Below are positions 42,882 through 53,112 of a stretch of 64,000 nucleotides of DNA, in pieces. Positions within the stretch are counted from its first letter, which is position 1, and the number at the start of each line of letters is the position of its first letter. The notes beneath the pieces were generated by a model. The model searched no databases, was not told the origin of the DNA, and saw only the letters and a program-made list of their open reading frames with translations. Source of the DNA: Veleropilina oligotropha (Eukaryota); contig JBEUKZ010000112.1 of assembly GCA_048128005.1 (NCBI GenBank), forward strand, positions 620,001 to 684,000, read 5' to 3'. Made by a program: the position numbers and the translations under genes.

Positions 42882-43995
42882 CTGTAAATCATGAAAATTT
42901 CGCGATCATAATATTTTGGCGAACTTAGCGAGGAAGCAAAATTCGCTAACATTTTATGTCGCTAATATGTCTTATATTATATCCATGTTATATAAGAAGG
43001 TTGGGTGACAAATATATATGTTGTTAGCAATGTAATTAATAAACTAGCTATCGTGGATTGTTCAGGGGTAATGTGTTTTTAATACTTGCCATTTATGTAC
43101 GAATAAACCATATTTTCACCACTTGTTTGTTCAATTTTATTCTGTGAAATGTCCGCTGAAATCCCGCAAAACGTAGGCCCGCCATTTTGTTTCCTTAGTC
43201 TCGCCAAAAGTGAAATTCAGTAACCGAAACATTCATTATTTATCATTTTATTAAATGATTTTATTCGCTTATAACACCATAGTAAAGGTTAATTCTGACT
43301 ATTGTATGCATATATGAAATTAACTTTAATATTGGGAATCGTACAGCATTGAACGGCGGAAACAAACGAGCGTATCAACGTCTTTGCCTTAGTTCCTGTT
43401 CAACAGATAACGTTTATTCAACAGTATTGCATGGAACCTCGTTTTCGCGCAAGTTCCACTAGTATTTCACTGTAAATGATCTCCCTTGATAAGAACAAGA
43501 GTGTCCATTTTAATGTCAATTGACGATGTGCTTTATCGCTACTGGCAAGTAACAGTCTATTATGCATAGATAGCAACACGTTAGCAATTTAATAAGTAAC
43601 AATTATTGAATAAACTTAACAAATGCACTTGTAATCATACTAATTGTATTAATTGAAGTACCAATTCACATGTTACACCCACGTGACGACACCATCGTCA
43701 TTATATTAATCCGATTGCGATTTGTACAATGAACTTGCAACCTACTTAGGTACTAGTCATCCTGCTAATAGTCATCCTTTACAAAATGTGGTTGTAATAA
43801 CAATGGGTAACAATCAGATAATTAACAGCCATACGGAGCATTAGGAAAAGTTAATTGAATAGAATTGTCATTGTTGTCAAACTCGCTAATAATACATTTT
43901 CCGAAATTCTATTTCGCTAAAATTACATGTCGCTAATTGGTCCCTTGTGACGAATTCGCTAAATTTTAATGACGCGAAAATATTATGATTTACAG
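42882..43995. mobile_element. MITE with CTGTAAATCAT TIRs and TA target duplication (Tc1/mariner-pogo type)
   Basis: ta|ctgtaaatcatgaaaatttcgcg ... cgcgaaaatattatgatttacag|ta, with subterminal ttcgctaa repeats. Confidence 0.75.
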
Positions 43996-44851
43996 TATAC
44001 ACAAGCAAGTACATTTTTGAACATACGAAACAGATTTGGCCCATTCATATATAAATAACGACTAATCAGATTTCAGTAAACTTGCCTATTCCGCGTATTG
44101 TAACCTAGGCCTACGATATTTTGCGCATCACTAGTGCATTAAATCACCACTAAACACCATGAAAGCAACACAACTATATTACATATACTGTATTTATTCC
44201 ATATATCGTGCCCCTTCCAAATATAGCGTTCTCCACTTTTTCAATTTTGACTTTTCACGGATATTTGCCTACCGTCGTCGACATGTACAGCACTTAGTAA
44301 GAACAGCGATCTTGTTGTTGTTTACGGACACAGTCAGTGAACGAGAAGAGAGTTTCTGCAACAGACATGACGGAAACTATCGACATGTGCCGATGCTAAT
44401 CGACAGATGTTATCGGAGAATCTGTTTGACCTATATCTTTCACCATGTGCGTGTACGAGGTCGCATCGCATGTAAAAGGCTGTCACGTTAATAAATCTGC
44501 GTGGATTCCATATATTGGACAGAAATTGGACGCAGGTATCGAAAATAACAATCAATTCGATAAATGCTCAGTAGCGGTAAAATTAGACAACTAAATGGTG
44601 AGACATGTTCCGAGAGAAATTATCAAACTTGTCGATTTGTCTCTTAACATGGCGGAAAAGTTGTTTGCATCGTAACCACTGATGAGTTGGCTTACTATAC
44701 ACATTCGCCGGTAGCTGGTGGATTGGAAATTGAATACTATATTCGATTTACTGGTGTAAAACTATTGGTGGACAGACTTAAATGTCTATTTCAAGAAAAG
44801 TATTAAGAAATTATAACATAATATTATGGCCAAGCCACTATATATAGTTAC

Positions 44852-45057
44852 AAACATACTTACGTCCTTACTCTTGCCATAATAGCATATTATCGCCCAA
44901 ACCGGAAATGGTGAATATGTCCCATAATGCACCGTTATAAGCCAAAAAAGCACACGGTTACCTCCCCTGCTCCTACCCCCCACGTTCCCTAGCGAGACTT
45001 CGCCAAGTCTCGTGAGACTTCTGAACAATAGAAGTCACATGACATCAATTCAAAGTT
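44852..45057. repeat. DIRS C 5' ITR
   Basis: Exact reverse complement of 52076-52281 by eye. Confidence 0.93.
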
Positions 45058-45856
45058 TTCCGCTGTCGCGGAAAGACGTTGTTTTTGCTCCGCAAATATT
45101 TCGATATAGGCGCCCGATTTCACGTTAAATCAGGGCGCAGTTTCTACTTAATATAAGTAGTGGAATATAACAGTGTTGTGGATATGAAACACATGTGAAT
45201 ATAGAAGAGTGATTCTCAAACTTCGGATCGTCGTCAAGGACGCCAAAGTTCTGGACATCAAAAGAAAACAGACATCGTCGTCAAGGACGCCAGTGGCCAT
45301 TAAAGATGGCCGCTTAGAGGGAAAATTTTCGAGTGGTAGCTGAAATTTCTGGTCTGTATAATTATCTGATATTGTTTGAGACTGCAAACAGGTAACTCAT
45401 TATATTGGATAATTCCTTAACAACGCTATTTGCTGGTTATTTATTATATATATAAAAAAAAATTTTCTAGCGTTGTTAAAAAGGCAGGATCTTTTGATAT
45501 TAAGCTTGCGTTAATTTTCTGATATCCTGCCGTTGCTGGGATAATACGCCATTGTACTAACTTAAAACATCCACGAGGTTTTCAGGTGTTTTTCTGGGCG
45601 GGTTTTTTCGAGGAAAGAACCCCCCTTTGTTTTAGTCAATTTGCCGGGTTACCGGGTCGGTCGGGTAAAATACCCGACCTCGGTGTTCCCAGTTCGGGGT
45701 TCTAATAACGGTATATCGCTTGATCTCTAATCTTCAGATCAGGACAATTCTGTGAGTTGTCGTAGTACTCCCTCCAAGGAAAGAAGTCTCAACTACCATA
45801 TATATACCTATTTATCTACCCCGTCTACCCACGTCCACCCTCCCGTGTATTTAGCT

Positions 45857-48100
45857 ATGGTCCGGTGCAGTAGCTCCGGGTGTAACCAGAAAATTCACGC
45901 ATTTGATAGGCACAAGGAATGTTGTAAACACCGTAGCTGTAGTATACATCATCAATGTGATCTGTGCTTTCTTCTATCAGATAAGCAGTGGGCAACCCTG
46001 TCTCACCACGGTAAGTCGACCAGGGCGACTGCCACGGTGGGTCCTCCCGTGGAGAAGGGTCATGAAGAGACCGGTAAGTTACCTAACGTTTCTTCTTTGT
46101 CTGCTTCAGGGACGCTGGACGACAGCCGACAGACGTCTGTCGCCGGATCCACCGGCGAAACCTCCGCGACTCTTGGGAGAGTCACCGAAACCTTGCCGGT
46201 ACCCCAGATTCAGGTAAAGACCCGAGTGTCGACCGTTCCTCCACAACTGGGCCTAGTAACTGCAGTCAGCCATACCTTGCCGGCTAGCAAGGTATACATG
46301 ACAGCGCAGCGAACAGCTGAACAGGGCAGACTATCCCCATCCTTTTCTTCGGCCTCGAAGAATAAGGGGACAGTTAGTCCTTCTGCGGGAAACTCACCGT
46401 CTTCCTACGGTGACAGACCCAATGCAGAGAAAGCCTTTAAAGAGGCCGGGCACCTACTTGTAGGTCTAAGACTCGGACAATCGGCGAAACCTGAATCCTC
46501 GGTCGAGAACGATGCGACTTCCCCTAGGGGTTTTCCGCTCAACCTCGAAGCTCACGAGACATTCAGAGGGCCCGGTCTCTCCCGTGCACCCACCGTGGTC
46601 ACGCTAGAGAACGTGGACAGACCGGCTGCGTTCGGGACGGGGTTCTACGGCGGTTTTCCGTCCGTGCCTCGCTCGAACAGAGTGGTAGACCGATCAGAAC
46701 TGTTGCCGCAGTCCTATCGGTCGTCCGGCCCACTGACTGCGCCTCCGGGCCAGTCCTTCGGGTTCGACCCCTCGACAAGTGCCCGTGGACCCTGGTCCTC
46801 GGTTCGACCTGTCAATGCAGCCCGTCTACCTAGCGCCACGGTTACCTCGACAGAACTACCGGCTGTTAGTTCGTCGCCCGTCCTGCCTCCGGGTTTCTCT
46901 TTTGAGAACGTCCAGGCATGGATCGCGGCGGGGATCGAGGAACGGTGTAAGGCCTGGCCGACGGCTCCCGAGCCGCACCTGGTACCTACACTTCTGCCCA
47001 TGGCGCAGAGCACGGCTCCTGCCTCAGTGATAGACATCGACCCTCGTTCCGACGAGGATCTCTGTTCAAATCACTCCGACCTCCCTGAATCGGTCGGGTC
47101 CGAAGACATTAGTCTTACAGGCACGCAGGAGCCGACCTCCTCCACCCGCCGAAGGCTCGACGCTGTTGCGTCACTTCGCGGGGTGCTTGGCTTGTCGGAA
47201 CCGACTCGGTCGGCTGTAGACGTAGCCAGGCATAGGACGGCAGCACATCGGTTTGTTGCGAGGGAAGCCCCCGAGCTCCCCTCCTTACCTCAGTCCGGGC
47301 TGGTGGATCTTGTTGTAGACTCGATCACCAAGCTCGTTCAGGGGCGCAATCCGGTGGAGTCCTCCCCGCTGAACGAGTTCCCTTCGGGGTTCCGTAGTGG
47401 GAGGTACCTCCGGGCCAGTACTCGAGCGATCCCGTTCGAATGCACTGGCCCGTGCCTGGCGACTGAGCCGGCTCGTGTTGACGCTTCGTTGCGTCGACTG
47501 ACCGCCAGTCACCCTCCCTCCGTAGCGAAAGTTCCTTGGTCCGCCTTGGAAGCTTTCGAGAGCTCCGCCCGACGGGCTCTGCGGCTATCGTCCGTTCAGG
47601 ATTTTTTCCTAGACGGTGCGATAGCCGTATTACAGGAGAATGGACCCGGCGCCACCGAGGCTGCCCTGTCCTTCCTCCAGGAGGTTGCTGCCACGCAGGA
47701 GACCAGCGCGTTGGAGACGGGACGTGTCCTGGGCAATGCCCTCCTACTTCGTAGGGATGCTTGCCTGGAAGGTACCTCGCTGGACGAGCCCACCCGGCGC
47801 TCGTTGCGATGCGTACCTTGCTCGGCCACCACTCTCTTTGGTGACAACTTCACGGAGTTTGTTGACAAGAGAGCGGCGGACATTAAGGACCGTGCCATCG
47901 AGAAGGCAGTACTGCTCCCCACCCGGGGTCCACCTGCCAACTCGAAGAAGCGCTCCGGGCCCACCCCGGCCCCGAAGCCTTCTAAGCGTGCGAAGCCCTC
48001 TTCGGGTGGTAGGCCTCCGGCCAATAAACCCACTCCAAAGAGGCGAGCACCTCCAGCAAAATCCCGCAAGCAGAGCGGGATAGGGAAGCCTCGGCCCTAG
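45857..48100 (+). CDS. DIRS C ORF1 (gag-like)
   Basis: ATG at MVRCSSSGC, N-terminal Cys/His cluster, long low-complexity region and helical C-terminal domain. Confidence 0.85.
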   Translation: MVRCSSSGCNQKIHAFDRHKECCKHRSCSIHHQCDLCFLLSDKQWATLSHHGKSTRATATVGPPVEKGHEETGKLPNVSSLSASGTLDDSRQTSVAGSTGETSATLGRVTETLPVPQIQVKTRVSTVPPQLGLVTAVSHTLPASKVYMTAQRTAEQGRLSPSFSSASKNKGTVSPSAGNSPSSYGDRPNAEKAFKEAGHLLVGLRLGQSAKPESSVENDATSPRGFPLNLEAHETFRGPGLSRAPTVVTLENVDRPAAFGTGFYGGFPSVPRSNRVVDRSELLPQSYRSSGPLTAPPGQSFGFDPSTSARGPWSSVRPVNAARLPSATVTSTELPAVSSSPVLPPGFSFENVQAWIAAGIEERCKAWPTAPEPHLVPTLLPMAQSTAPASVIDIDPRSDEDLCSNHSDLPESVGSEDISLTGTQEPTSSTRRRLDAVASLRGVLGLSEPTRSAVDVARHRTAAHRFVAREAPELPSLPQSGLVDLVVDSITKLVQGRNPVESSPLNEFPSGFRSGRYLRASTRAIPFECTGPCLATEPARVDASLRRLTASHPPSVAKVPWSALEAFESSARRALRLSSVQDFFLDGAIAVLQENGPGATEAALSFLQEVAATQETSALETGRVLGNALLLRRDACLEGTSLDEPTRRSLRCVPCSATTLFGDNFTEFVDKRAADIKDRAIEKAVLLPTRGPPANSKKRSGPTPAPKPSKRAKPSSGGRPPANKPTPKRRAPPAKSRKQSGIGKPRP

Positions 48101-48127
48101 GGCTGCCGGCATTCGCGACGGCCCCAG

Positions 48128-51085
48128 TTGCCCGCTCCCGCCGGTGGGAGCGTGCCTGTTAGCACACAGCCAGCCCTGGCTAGAGCTGACAGACAGCAAC
48201 TGGGTCCACTTAGTCGTGAGTGCCGGATACAAGTTGGCATTCAACCGGCATCCGACCCTAACCGAGGCACCACCAACAAGACACGCTCGCCTCCTAAACG
48301 GAGAGAAACAAGCGGTCTTAGACCAGGCAGTGCGGGATTTGCTCCTAAAAAGAGCGATATATCCCGCGCCGCCCAGCACACCAGGATTTTACAGCCATTT
48401 CTTCCTGGTCCCGAAACCCGATGGCCGCTGGAGACCGATCCTCGATCTCTCGTACCTAAACCTATATCTTCGTACCGAGAAATTCCAGCAAGAAACCCTC
48501 TCGAAGATTCGAGCGGCCATCCGTCCGGGCGACTGGGCAGCGTCTATCGATCTCGCCGACGCGTATCTGCATGTCCCGATGCATATCACGGCTCATCAGT
48601 ACCTTCGGTTTATACACGGGGAGACGATCTACCAATTCAGGTGCCTACCGTTCGGTCTATCGTCAGCCCCGTACGTCTTCACGAGAACAGTACAGGCCCT
48701 GGGGGCCTTCCTACACTCTCTAGGGCACAGGGTACATATGTACCTCGACGACTGGCTGATCCTCGGGGCGTCCCGAGATCTGTGCCTCCGGTCTACGAGC
48801 TTTACCCTGTCATCGACGAAGCGCCTGGGATTTCAGATCAACGAGACAAAATCCTGCTTCGTGCCCTCGACGACGTTTACGTTCCTCGGAGTCGACTTCG
48901 ATACGGTCCGGTACACCGCGAAGCCGACCCAGAAGCGTATGCGGAACCTACGCGCGGTTATCCAAGACACCCTGTCATCGGACATAACTACGGCGCGACA
49001 ACTGGCCACTGTCCTGGGGCACATCGAGTCGGTAGCGCCCCTGCTACCGACGGGTCGCATGGACAAAAGACCGTTACAACAGGCTTTCAGGGATCGCTGG
49101 ATACAACGGACGGGGCAGTGGAAGGATCGCATCGATCTACGGCATTGGTTTACCGACACGACAGCAGTGTGGTTGAACCCCGCTTTGCCGGACCAGTCGG
49201 TTCCTATATCCCCACCAGAGCCGAACGCTTACCTGTTCACAGACGCTTCGAACGACGGCTGGGGTGGTCACCTCGACAGTTACGAGACATCAGGCCTATG
49301 GCCGACAGACCTTCAGGGACGACATATCAACTTCCTAGAGTTAGAAGCCGTCTTCCTGTCAGTACGGTCCCTCTCGTCACATCTCCGCAACAAGCATATA
49401 ATGCTCGCCACGGACAACACGACTGTCGTCGCTTACATACAGCACCAGGGCGGTACACGCTCGCGTCCCCTATGCGACCGAGCAATAGACCTACACCGCT
49501 TAGTGATGTCCCTCAACTCGACGATTCGAGCCCGACACATCCCGGGAAAGCTGAATGTCAGAGCGGATTCGCTCTCTCGGAGATCACAGATAATACACAC
49601 AGAGTGGACGCTACACAGCCGAGTAGCTCGGGATGTTTGCCGCCGGTGGTCGCAACCCCAAGTCGACTTGTTTGCAACAGAATTCAATTACCGACTACCT
49701 CTGTATGTCTCCCCGTACCCAGACCCGGCCGCCCTGGCGGTCGACGCAATGTCAATGACATGGGAGAATCTGTCCGCGTATGCCTTCCCCCCGACGTGCA
49801 TTCTATCACTGGTATTACAGAAGGCAGCGACCGAACGTTGCGAGATAACGCTAATAGCGCCCCTTTATCGCACGCAACCTTGGTTTCCGACCCTCCTCGA
49901 TCTGATCGTCGATCGACCGTTAGCGTTACCGCAGAAACTAGACCTGTTAATGCAACCACGCACCCGTGTACTCCACGAGTCGCCGAACCACTTACGTTTA
50001 CACGCCTGGCGGTTATCGAACGATCCCTTGCTAAGAAAGGATTTTCTAAAGCTACAGCCTTACGTATCTATCGATCGAGAAGGATTTCCACTACAAAAGT
50101 CTATGACTACCGATGGGTTAAGTACGTGGATTGGTGTCACAGCAGGCAGATCAATATACTCCGTCCCCCTGTGAACAAGTTTATCGAGTTTTTATCGTCG
50201 CTCTTCGACCGCGGTATGTCAGTGTCCGCCGTCAAAGGTTATCGGGCAACGATCGCGACCACGCTAAAGCAGTGTCGTGCCCATGCTGGCCTATCAAGCG
50301 ACCGAACGATATCAGATTTTATACGATCTTATGAACTCGAGATACCGACCCGAAGAATTAAGCCACCTGCCTGGAACATCGTACTTATTCTTAACGCATT
50401 ACTCTTACCCCCGTATGAGCCGATGTCCGAGATAACCATGAGGAACTTGACGCACAAAACAGTTTTTCTGATCGCCTTAGCGTCGGGCAGGCGTTGTTCC
50501 GAGATTCATGCTTTCTCCTCCGAGCTAAGAGACATACGATTCCAGTCAGACGGGTCGGTGATATTGCGTCCCATTCTGGGCTTCTTAGCCAAGAACCAGC
50601 GGCCGAACGAGGACGCACCCGAGGTTGTTATTCCCAAGCTAACGCTAGTCGGAAGGCGCGACGCAGACCGCTTCAATTGCCCGGTCCGGGCGCTTCGATT
50701 CTACCTAGACAGAACCCGTGAGTTGCGACAGGGAAAATTACGTTTATTCATTTCGTATTTGCCCACCTACACCCGCGACATTACGAGGACTACTGTTTCG
50801 CGGTGGATTTCACAAACTGTGAGAGATGTTTACATCCGTTGTGATGACGACGACCGAACTATTTTATCGGTCCGCGCACATGAGGTCCGGGCCATTGCAG
50901 CGTCTGTAGCCTTCCGCCATAATCTAAATATCAATGCGTTACTACAGGCCGGATATTGGAAAAACGCTAACGTGTTTGTCAAACATTATCTGCGCGACTA
51001 CTCAACCGGGGCTGATGGCCTAAGCAGTTTGCACTGTGTTGCTGCTCAACGGGTTATTGTTAGACCGAGGTCTTCTAATCAGTAA
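48128..51085 (+). CDS. DIRS C ORF3: tyrosine recombinase (frame overlaps all of ORF2)
   Basis: GRRCSEI, CPVRAL, HEVR, GYW and KHY catalytic residues in the C-terminal ~350 aa. The true start is uncertain. Confidence 0.9.
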   Translation: MPAPAGGSVPVSTQPALARADRQQLGPLSRECRIQVGIQPASDPNRGTTNKTRSPPKRRETSGLRPGSAGFAPKKSDISRAAQHTRILQPFLPGPETRWPLETDPRSLVPKPISSYREIPARNPLEDSSGHPSGRLGSVYRSRRRVSACPDAYHGSSVPSVYTRGDDLPIQVPTVRSIVSPVRLHENSTGPGGLPTLSRAQGTYVPRRLADPRGVPRSVPPVYELYPVIDEAPGISDQRDKILLRALDDVYVPRSRLRYGPVHREADPEAYAEPTRGYPRHPVIGHNYGATTGHCPGAHRVGSAPATDGSHGQKTVTTGFQGSLDTTDGAVEGSHRSTALVYRHDSSVVEPRFAGPVGSYIPTRAERLPVHRRFERRLGWSPRQLRDIRPMADRPSGTTYQLPRVRSRLPVSTVPLVTSPQQAYNARHGQHDCRRLHTAPGRYTLASPMRPSNRPTPLSDVPQLDDSSPTHPGKAECQSGFALSEITDNTHRVDATQPSSSGCLPPVVATPSRLVCNRIQLPTTSVCLPVPRPGRPGGRRNVNDMGESVRVCLPPDVHSITGITEGSDRTLRDNANSAPLSHATLVSDPPRSDRRSTVSVTAETRPVNATTHPCTPRVAEPLTFTRLAVIERSLAKKGFSKATALRIYRSRRISTTKVYDYRWVKYVDWCHSRQINILRPPVNKFIEFLSSLFDRGMSVSAVKGYRATIATTLKQCRAHAGLSSDRTISDFIRSYELEIPTRRIKPPAWNIVLILNALLLPPYEPMSEITMRNLTHKTVFLIALASGRRCSEIHAFSSELRDIRFQSDGSVILRPILGFLAKNQRPNEDAPEVVIPKLTLVGRRDADRFNCPVRALRFYLDRTRELRQGKLRLFISYLPTYTRDITRTTVSRWISQTVRDVYIRCDDDDRTILSVRAHEVRAIAASVAFRHNLNINALLQAGYWKNANVFVKHYLRDYSTGADGLSSLHCVAAQRVIVRPRSSNQ
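48144..50174 (+). CDS. DIRS C ORF2: reverse transcriptase, RNase H, DNA adenine methylase-like domain
   Basis: RT motifs IDLADAY, LPFGL and YLDD. RNaseH motifs FTDAS, LELEAV and TDN. Methylase-like motifs VDLFAT, YAFPP and QPWFP. Confidence 0.93.
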   Translation: MGACLLAHSQPWLELTDSNWVHLVVSAGYKLAFNRHPTLTEAPPTRHARLLNGEKQAVLDQAVRDLLLKRAIYPAPPSTPGFYSHFFLVPKPDGRWRPILDLSYLNLYLRTEKFQQETLSKIRAAIRPGDWAASIDLADAYLHVPMHITAHQYLRFIHGETIYQFRCLPFGLSSAPYVFTRTVQALGAFLHSLGHRVHMYLDDWLILGASRDLCLRSTSFTLSSTKRLGFQINETKSCFVPSTTFTFLGVDFDTVRYTAKPTQKRMRNLRAVIQDTLSSDITTARQLATVLGHIESVAPLLPTGRMDKRPLQQAFRDRWIQRTGQWKDRIDLRHWFTDTTAVWLNPALPDQSVPISPPEPNAYLFTDASNDGWGGHLDSYETSGLWPTDLQGRHINFLELEAVFLSVRSLSSHLRNKHIMLATDNTTVVAYIQHQGGTRSRPLCDRAIDLHRLVMSLNSTIRARHIPGKLNVRADSLSRRSQIIHTEWTLHSRVARDVCRRWSQPQVDLFATEFNYRLPLYVSPYPDPAALAVDAMSMTWENLSAYAFPPTCILSLVLQKAATERCEITLIAPLYRTQPWFPTLLDLIVDRPLALPQKLDLLMQPRTRVLHESPNHLRLHAWRLSNDPLLRKDFLKLQPYVSIDREGFPLQKSMTTDGLSTWIGVTAGRSIYSVPL

Positions 51086-51924
51086 GTAGCCTATTGTTCT
51101 CTGATTGATCATTTGCATATTTACTGACGCCATTTTATTTTCGTTGGCCAAACGGTGCTATGTAATTAACACCTATGGGGCAGTTCAATGTCTGTTCATT
51201 TCTTAAATCTAATTTAAGATTTTGTACTTCTCATGTCAGACTGAGTGTTGACATAAGCCAGATCACATTGAATTTAATAAAACAACTTTGATAATTTTGC
51301 ACAAATCTTAAAAAGATTAGGGTTCAATATTATTATGTTCTTTGCTGTAATCGAACATACGATGTTCAATACATTTAAAATGTTGATTCCTTAACATTTA
51401 TTTTTAAGTAACATGTCGAACATTTTTGCTTCCTTAAAATTTATTTTAAGTGACATGTCGTCCATGTTAGCGTTCGCAAGTTGGTCATGCGAACTACTTA
51501 TTAATATCGATTATTATATAATCTATTAATTCTTTGCTTTTGATTTTAAAGCTTTCACAACCTGTTAGGTTCCGTGTGCTTACAAATCCGACTGCATCCT
51601 CTGGCTACCGGCCTATAGGCCCGGAGTCCCATTTGGCTGCCACTGGTCCATGACACGTAAGACCTACAGGGATTTATCCTTCCGGCCGTGCCAGGGGCTG
51701 ATTGCACTTCCGTTCACCTCGTCCGACTAACACCACGGCGTATCCTCCCGGTAACACTGGTCGAAATTCTCGCCTGGTAAGAGTAGAATATAATACTCAG
51801 TAAAAATTCCACTCTAGGCGGACACACTCGACGCTTCATGCTGATCGAATTGGTGAAAAAGTAAGTCATTATCTTGTTTGGGTTTGTTGTAAGGAACGTC
51901 TTACCCACCTATCCAAGGTTATTC

Positions 51925-52015
51925 TGGCAAGAGTAAGGACGTAAGTATGTTTGTAACTATATATGAGGTTTTAATGTAAACCTAATATTAGTATAAAACA
52001 TACTTACGTCCTTAC
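51925..52015. repeat. DIRS C internal complementary region (ICR)
   Basis: Complement of the 5' end (44840-44879) fused to the complement of the 3' end (52262-52314). Confidence 0.93.
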
Positions 52016-52075
52016 ACGATTACCCACCCTGCGTTTCGCATTCCTCCCCTCTACTACGTTCCTTTGTGGTTTTTG

Positions 52076-52281
52076 AACTTTGAATTGATGTCATGTGACT
52101 TCTATTGTTCAGAAGTCTCACGAGACTTGGCGAAGTCTCGCTAGGGAACGTGGGGGGTAGGAGCAGGGGAGGTAACCGTGTGCTTTTTTGGCTTATAACG
52201 GTGCATTATGGGACATATTCACCATTTCCGGTTTGGGCGATAATATGCTATTATGGCAAGAGTAAGGACGTAAGTATGTTT
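52076..52281. repeat. DIRS C 3' ITR (with 3' extension to 52314)
   Basis: Inverted match to 44852-45057. Confidence 0.93.
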
Positions 52282-53112
52282 TATACTAATATTAGGTTTA
52301 CATTAAAACCTCATTTATGGCACCCCCTTCAAAATAAAAGTTACGCGCCTGGCGCGATATATAGAATAAATATGGTAGCTACATATATATAAAATAACTA
52401 CTTATTTTGACAAATGAAACAGATATGTCCAATCAAATAAAAACGAATGACAACGTATTTCCGTGAACATGCATATTGAACGATATTTTGCGCATTTCGT
52501 ATAAAATCACCCTAAACACCATGAAAGCAGCACAAATACATTACATATACCTAAATATTCACAAATAACTACTTATTAAGGCATATGAAATATAGATTTG
52601 GTCCATTCAACTACACACGCGACACAGATTTCCGTACCTTGCGTATACTGTACGATATTTTGCGCATTTCCAATAAAATCATCACTAAACACCATCGAAT
52701 AAACGCAAAAACGATACATATACCTAAATATGCACAAATAAATACGTATTTCACCATATTAAATATAGATTTTGCGAATTCAAATGTGAAAAATAACTTT
52801 TTACTAATAATTTTATGTATATATATTTTAAATAAACTCGATCAGCATAAATTTTATATCCAATCCAATAAATTATTATTAGAATGCGTTCTGTTTTACA
52901 ATTGGTTATATGGGTGATTTACTTTCAATTTGATATGTAAACCTACGAAACGTCTGTAGCTTCAATCAAGGTATTGAAATTTGACGAAAGGTCTGAATGA
53001 TTCGACGAAACGTCTGGATGTTTCGTCGAAATTCGACGAAACGTCTTTCTGTCGACGAACTTCGACGAAACGTCTTTCGACGAAACGTCTTTCGACGAAC
53101 TGGTTTAGTTGC

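Larger units (their letters stand above)
44840..52314 (+). mobile_element. DIRS1-type retrotransposon copy C, full-length and apparently intact
   Basis: Identical 206-bp ITRs (44852-45057 and 52076-52281), ICR at 51925-52015, and three uninterrupted ORFs. Confidence 0.95.
44188..52375. mobile_element. MITE with C(T/C)(G/A)TATTTATTC TIRs and TA duplication, split by DIRS C
   Basis: ta|ctgtatttattccatatatcgtgcc (44188-44212) and ggcgcgatatatagaataaatatgg|ta (52351-52375). Confidence 0.7.
26836..53112. mobile_element. Host non-autonomous DNA element with ttcgacgaaacgtct subterminal repeats; carries the nested insertions
   Basis: 37-bp inverted repeat at 26836-26872 and 53076-53112 (1 mismatch). 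Clusters of ttcgtcgaa/ttcgacgaa at both ends. ~170-bp internal repeats at ~44000-44187 continue at ~52378-52760. Confidence 0.65.

Noticed and set aside
44786..45028. Duplicated small ORF MFRSLTRLGEV (also 52105-52392)
   Set aside because: It is the DIRS C ITR read on both strands.
49660..49920. Stand-alone DNA methyltransferase or restriction-modification system
   Set aside because: It is the known methylase-like C-terminal domain of DIRS1 ORF2.
52966..53112. RRFVE / RRKTF peptide repeats
   Set aside because: Translation of the ttcgacgaaacgtct subterminal DNA repeats.
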